DNA of 64,000 nucleotides from Candidatus Cloacimonadales bacterium. GTDB taxonomy: Bacteria; Cloacimonadota; Cloacimonadia; Cloacimonadales; JAFGVF01. Position numbers and translations under genes: made by a program. Below are positions 59,515 to 64,000 of this stretch, piece by piece. The notes under the pieces are model-generated. The model saw nothing but the letters and a program-made list of their open reading frames with translations. It did not search any database and was not told the DNA's origin. Location of the stretch: positions 1,536,001-1,600,000 of the forward strand of contig OY782781.1 in NCBI GenBank assembly GCA_963678315.1, written 5' to 3'. Position 1 is the first letter of the stretch. Every line of letters begins with the position of its first letter.

Positions 59515-60618
59515 TTAATCTCCAACTCTCTTTAAATCTTCTTTAAACTGTTTATAGGTATCAAGGTTAGTATCCCAGTATTTCTTTCCATTTATTCTTC
59601 TTACTACTCCAGGTAAAGTATAGAACTCAATCTTGGCATTCTTCATTGAAGATACTCTTCTTGCTACAGCCATAGCAAATTTAGGGTCGATATTAGTATC
59701 TGCTTCACTTAGAATTTGAGGTCCTACCTTTGATGAAATAAAGAAATCCATAGACTTAAACTTTTTATACAATTCTCTCATAAAGTCCTTTTGTCGTTTT
59801 ATTCTATTGTGTGAACCTGTAGTTACATCAATCTTTCGCATATCTTCTGAAATGTATGTAATATATCTCCAGGAAGTATAGCCATCAATAATGTGTATAC
59901 CTGAGTTAATTCTATACTGTTTAGCAAATTCCTTAGGTATATCTACCTTAATACCCTGCAAATGATCGATAAACTTCATCCAAGATTTCCTGTCATGGGC
60001 GAAATAGTGATTAATATCTAGTGAAGTTAGAGCTTCTACAGATTTTACTAGAGAGCTTGGTCCTCCAATTAGATACATCTCATATAAGGTTCTTAGTTCT
60101 TTGTTAGAATTTGGAATTATGGTATACCAAGGAATGTGTCCTACCTTGATTAACTCCAATTCTGGATAAACAGTTATTAGAATAAAGGTTCTAGGCAATC
60201 CAGCATATACTATGTTAACTTCTTCAATATCTTGCTTGTAGTTCTTTAGTTTTACTTCTGGTTCAGAATAAACTTTAACAGGTTTAGGTTCTTTTTTTGA
60301 TAATGTAGAAGAATAAGGAATACAGTAAGTTTCCCAAGGAGTCAAAAGTTGGTTTATATCAACTTTTTCAAGATTAGCATTTGGAGTAATTCCTTTGGCT
60401 TTTTGAATTAGTTCATAAAGAGTTTCACCTTCAGTTATTGGGTAAACTCCTCTATCAACTACTGCTCCTCCAATTCCGGCATAGATAGTCTTATCTATTA
60501 CAGTGCAAGTTCTGAGAGACAGCAATATAATAATAACTATAGCCACACAAAGAATTATAGAAATAGCAGCACCAATACGTTTACCTTTATCATAGGAATA
60601 GTGATTATTTTTAGTCAT
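59515..60618 (-). CDS. SLBB-LCP (LytR/CpsA/Psr) fusion protein
   Basis: GAVVDRGVY..LIQKAKG (SLBB); VEALTSLDINHY, IDHLQGIKVD, RIKRQKDF, TNI (LCP). Confidence 0.75.
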   Translation of the reverse strand: MTKNNHYSYDKGKRIGAAISIILCVAIVIIILLSLRTCTVIDKTIYAGIGGAVVDRGVYPITEGETLYELIQKAKGITPNANLEKVDINQLLTPWETYCIPYSSTLSKKEPKPVKVYSEPEVKLKNYKQDIEEVNIVYAGLPRTFILITVYPELELIKVGHIPWYTIIPNSNKELRTLYEMYLIGGPSSLVKSVEALTSLDINHYFAHDRKSWMKFIDHLQGIKVDIPKEFAKQYRINSGIHIIDGYTSWRYITYISEDMRKIDVTTGSHNRIKRQKDFMRELYKKFKSMDFFISSKVGPQILSEADTNIDPKFAMAVARRVSSMKNAKIEFYTLPGVVRRINGKKYWDTNLDTYKQFKEDLKRVGD

Positions 60619-63388
60619 AATCTATATCATCAGAAAGACCGAACACTTTCTTAATTTTGTTTAAGTACTTCTCAAACTTTGTTGGCTTATGATTTTTACT
60701 GTATGTTGATTCAAATTCATCATCGATTTCTTTATCTCTTTGGGATGACAAACCAACAAACTCGTCTTCATCGTCGTCATCAATATCATTTTGGAAGGTA
60801 AAGTTTTTTAGATAGTTTACTAACTTCATAAACCAGTCCTTACTGACAAAGTGACTTTCTTTTTTCTTTCCACTTTTCTTATGCTTTTTCTTTACTTTTT
60901 CATTATCTTTATAATAGTAATAATATTCGTAACCGTAGTAGTAGTCGTTGTAAGCTGTGTCGAAAATATCATTAGTTACTGAATTTGCAATAAATCCAGC
61001 ATTTCTTATACCTATTACATCAAGCTTTTTCGCCATTCTTCTAATGTTCTTAGTTGTAGTTAGATTCATTTTGGTTGCAGTCAGAACACAATCAAGATGA
61101 CTAAGTAAAATTGATGTTTCAGGGAAATACATAGACGCTGGTGTATCAATTATTACAATATCATAATCTTCTTTTAACTTTTCAAGATATTGAACAAACT
61201 TAGGACTATGGTATAGTTGATTAACACTTGGTGGTTTCTTCCCTGAAGGTAGAACATTCAAGTTTTGAATCCTAGTCTCAACAATAGCTTCTTCAAGATT
61301 TACTTGCTCGGATAGTACTTCTGAGAAACCAACGAGATGAGACATTTTATGGTACCTAGAAACTCTAGGATTATAAAAATCTGCATCAACGAGAAGAACT
61401 CTCTTATTATGCTTGGCTGTGGCTATTGCAAGGAAGTTAGTAATTGTAGATTTACCTTCACCTTTTATTGAGCTAATCACACCAATGATATTTTTTTCTC
61501 TATTTAGAATTAAGTACTTGAAGTTTAATGAAATTTCTTCGAAAACTTTAAGCAGGACATCTTTTTTATCTTCAATTTCTGCCTGATCTTTAGAAGTAAA
61601 AACATTTAAATCTAGTGGAGAGAAGTTAAGTTGTGGTATTGTTCCAATTACAGGAATATTCGGGAAATTATTAATTAACTCTTTTACAGTACGTATTTTG
61701 TTATCTAACATGTTAAGAAGAAGAGCAATACCATAACCAAGACCCAATCCTAGAATTAAACCTATAAGAAGGTTCATCTTTAATTTATTATTAGATGGTT
61801 TTGTTGGTATTTCAGCTTCTTGTAATTGAACTATTCTACTTGCTTCAATATTTTCGCTTAACCTTGTTTGATTTAGTTGAGCTTGAAGATTCAACCTGAT
61901 AACATCAAACGATTTTTTTAAACTCTGTAACTTATTTAACTTAGAAGTATCTTTATCATTTAACTCCATTGAAGCTATAACTTTATCAAGAGCTTTAATC
62001 TTTTGTGTTAATGAAATCTCAGTTGTCTGAGCTTTAATTAAGTCACTAAGTAATTGCTGTTTTAAAGGATTTTGACCAATACTCTTAAATTGTACATTTT
62101 TTTCAGCTCCTTCTTGAATAAGGTGCTCTAAATTAGTAATATTTGTTTTTATTCCTAGAACCTTTGGATGGTTTTCACCATATTTTGTTAAGGCACGTGC
62201 TAGGTCTACTTCAAGATTTAATAATCTCATTTTGAGAGGCTCACTATAAGTTGTCTCCGAAATATAAGAATTATCTTCTTCTTTTATCTTTTTCTCAAGC
62301 TCTGCAATATTGGCTTGTTGAGATTCAAGTTCAACTTTATAAGTTGTTCTCATATCTTTAAATGAATTTAATCTTTTTAGGTTAACTTCAACATTATTAT
62401 CATTGAAATTTTTACCAGCATATAACTTCTTTATTTCAACATCTAAAGAATCAATATCCTTATTCTTTTTGTCTAATTGATCCTCAAGATACATAATTGA
62501 CTTAGCATAACTATCAGTTCTAATAGCTAAATCATATTCATTTAATGCAATAAAATAATTATTTGCAATAGATGCTGCTATATTGGGATTAATATGGTTA
62601 ACATTGATTGTAAGAATATTCTCGACATCGCGTTCAGATGTGCAAGTCATGGAAGCTTTTGCTTGTCCTGGAGTAATAAAGTTGTTCATTAGCTTTGATA
62701 CTCTAGATGAAAGTTCTGACGAATTTATTATTTGAATCCAAGTTTTTAAATCCATCTCTTCTTTGAAATATTGTTTCTGATTTATCAAGTTCATCTCAAT
62801 TAAATTATCTTTAATCAAGATCTGTGTAGAAGAAGTGTATTTTGGAACTTGATACATAGAAAATAAATAAGCTACCAAAATAGCTGTAATTGTGCTCAAT
62901 AAAATCAATAGCTTGTAACGATAAGCTATCTCCAAGTAGTCCATAATATTAACTTCATCTTCAAAGATATTCTTTTTCTGTGCTACATCATTATATTCAT
63001 AACTTGTCTCATTATGATTAGTTAGGTTCTCTGGACTTTTAGTGTTGTGTAGAGTCTTACCAGAGTTATTAATCTCTTTTATTACTTCTTTTTGAGGTAA
63101 CTCAACAGTTGGATTCTTCCCTGGTTTATGATCTATATCTTCTGTATTGCTAGCTTTTGCCCTTTCAGAAGGCGATATTGTTTCTTCTTGCTCTTTTATA
63201 CCTTTAAGTTTTTGGTCATTTTCTTTAAGGTTAGAGTAAGGGGTGCCTATGGAAGCTGTTTCACTAGAATCAACAAAAATAGATCTCTTTTCAGAAATGT
63301 TATTGGCTGACTCTTTATTTAAATCAATTTCAACATTGCTTTTTCTTTTTTTTCTTAGGTCTGATATTGATAATCTTTTTTGTGTCAT
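60611..63388 (-). CDS. wzc: Wzc-type polysaccharide co-polymerase/tyrosine autokinase
   Basis: Two TMs, YGENHPKV, GEGKS, LLVDAD, IIDTP, Tyr cluster YNDYYYGYEYYYYY. Confidence 0.88.
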   Translation of the reverse strand: MTQKRLSISDLRKKRKSNVEIDLNKESANNISEKRSIFVDSSETASIGTPYSNLKENDQKLKGIKEQEETISPSERAKASNTEDIDHKPGKNPTVELPQKEVIKEINNSGKTLHNTKSPENLTNHNETSYEYNDVAQKKNIFEDEVNIMDYLEIAYRYKLLILLSTITAILVAYLFSMYQVPKYTSSTQILIKDNLIEMNLINQKQYFKEEMDLKTWIQIINSSELSSRVSKLMNNFITPGQAKASMTCTSERDVENILTINVNHINPNIAASIANNYFIALNEYDLAIRTDSYAKSIMYLEDQLDKKNKDIDSLDVEIKKLYAGKNFNDNNVEVNLKRLNSFKDMRTTYKVELESQQANIAELEKKIKEEDNSYISETTYSEPLKMRLLNLEVDLARALTKYGENHPKVLGIKTNITNLEHLIQEGAEKNVQFKSIGQNPLKQQLLSDLIKAQTTEISLTQKIKALDKVIASMELNDKDTSKLNKLQSLKKSFDVIRLNLQAQLNQTRLSENIEASRIVQLQEAEIPTKPSNNKLKMNLLIGLILGLGLGYGIALLLNMLDNKIRTVKELINNFPNIPVIGTIPQLNFSPLDLNVFTSKDQAEIEDKKDVLLKVFEEISLNFKYLILNREKNIIGVISSIKGEGKSTITNFLAIATAKHNKRVLLVDADFYNPRVSRYHKMSHLVGFSEVLSEQVNLEEAIVETRIQNLNVLPSGKKPPSVNQLYHSPKFVQYLEKLKEDYDIVIIDTPASMYFPETSILLSHLDCVLTATKMNLTTTKNIRRMAKKLDVIGIRNAGFIANSVTNDIFDTAYNDYYYGYEYYYYYKDNEKVKKKHKKSGKKKESHFVSKDWFMKLVNYLKNFTFQNDIDDDDEDEFVGLSSQRDKEIDDEFESTYSKNHKPTKFEKYLNKIKKVFGLSDDIDYD

Positions 63389-63999
63389 TAAATATAGCTA
63401 CCGTTATTCTCTAAATCTTGAAATATTATTTCCATTAGTTCATTATCAATAATCTTGATCTCTTCTGTAGAAGCAATATCCATCGCTATTTTACAAGCTC
63501 TGTTGATTTCTCTTGGAATACCATGTGTTTTTCTATTTATAAGCTTACTTGCTTCTTCAGTGAATATCTCATCTTTCGCACCAGCAATTTTTAGTCTATG
63601 TTTAATATAATCTATTGTGTCAGTTTCGGACATATTTGTTAAATGATATCTCATACCAATTCTTTGGTCAACTTGAGGTAATTTCTTAACATTATTCATT
63701 AAAGAAGGTTGACCTATCAATATTATAATTATTGGGCAAGAAAAACCTATTGTGATGTTAGTTAAATCCTTTATATAATCCAAATCTTTACTGGCAATTT
63801 TCTGAGCTTCATCAAATAATAGATAAAGGCTATTCTTATTACTAACTATATTGTTCTCTAAGAACTTTTTTAGCTTTAATTCCAGATAATAACGTTTTGA
63901 TGGCAATGATTCAGGATCTTGTCCAGTTATTTGCCATAGGACTTCTGTAAGAATCTCACTATAATTATAGGTTGTAGAATTTATGTTAACGATAAAGTT
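63388..63999 (-). CDS. ExeA/GspA-like AAA ATPase (5'-truncated by window end)
   Basis: LLFDEAQ, ILIGQP, QRI, YIKHRL, GIPREIN; frame open to the window edge. Confidence 0.88.
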   Translation of the reverse strand, partial: NFIVNINSTTYNYSEILTEVLWQITGQDPESLPSKRYYLELKLKKFLENNIVSNKNSLYLLFDEAQKIASKDLDYIKDLTNITIGFSCPIIIILIGQPSLMNNVKKLPQVDQRIGMRYHLTNMSETDTIDYIKHRLKIAGAKDEIFTEEASKLINRKTHGIPREINRACKIAMDIASTEEIKIIDNELMEIIFQDLENNGSYI

Positions 64000-64000
64000 A

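Overview
Low-GC bacterial chromosome segment; gene content (C25 gingipain-like protease with a FlgD-Ig/T9SS-type tail, DUF3467, SecDF, Wza/Wzc) suggests an FCB-group diderm such as Ca. Cloacimonadota (inference only). Positions 1 to ~17,030 are part of a Mu-like transposable prophage: a portal/MuF head ORF with a C-terminal nuclease-like domain, a moron/cassette region (1.4-6.3 kb), a leftward early operon (Ner/Cro-like, MuA, MuB, GemA, DUF3164, Mor-like, Phg_2220_C), an S24-type repressor, a HEPN-motif gene and terminal repeats. The prophage carries several layers of DNA structure not explained by its genes: an 11-bp motif array inside the transposase gene in different frames and orientations, an end-type site about 16.7 kb inside the prophage, 27-bp hairpins inserted in frame in three unrelated genes, 9-bp-period repeat blocks at gene 3' ends, and duplicated gene 3' ends flanking the morons. 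Positions ~17.2-64 kb are host genes: an apparently pseudo two-component pair, redox genes, proteases, dinB, a hybrid kinase, a truncated secD duplicate before secDF, sdaA, gyrBA with an atypical QRDR, ispA and an exopolysaccharide export locus. No rRNA, tRNA, CRISPR array or reverse transcriptase was seen. Family assignments are from motif recognition by eye, not database searches.
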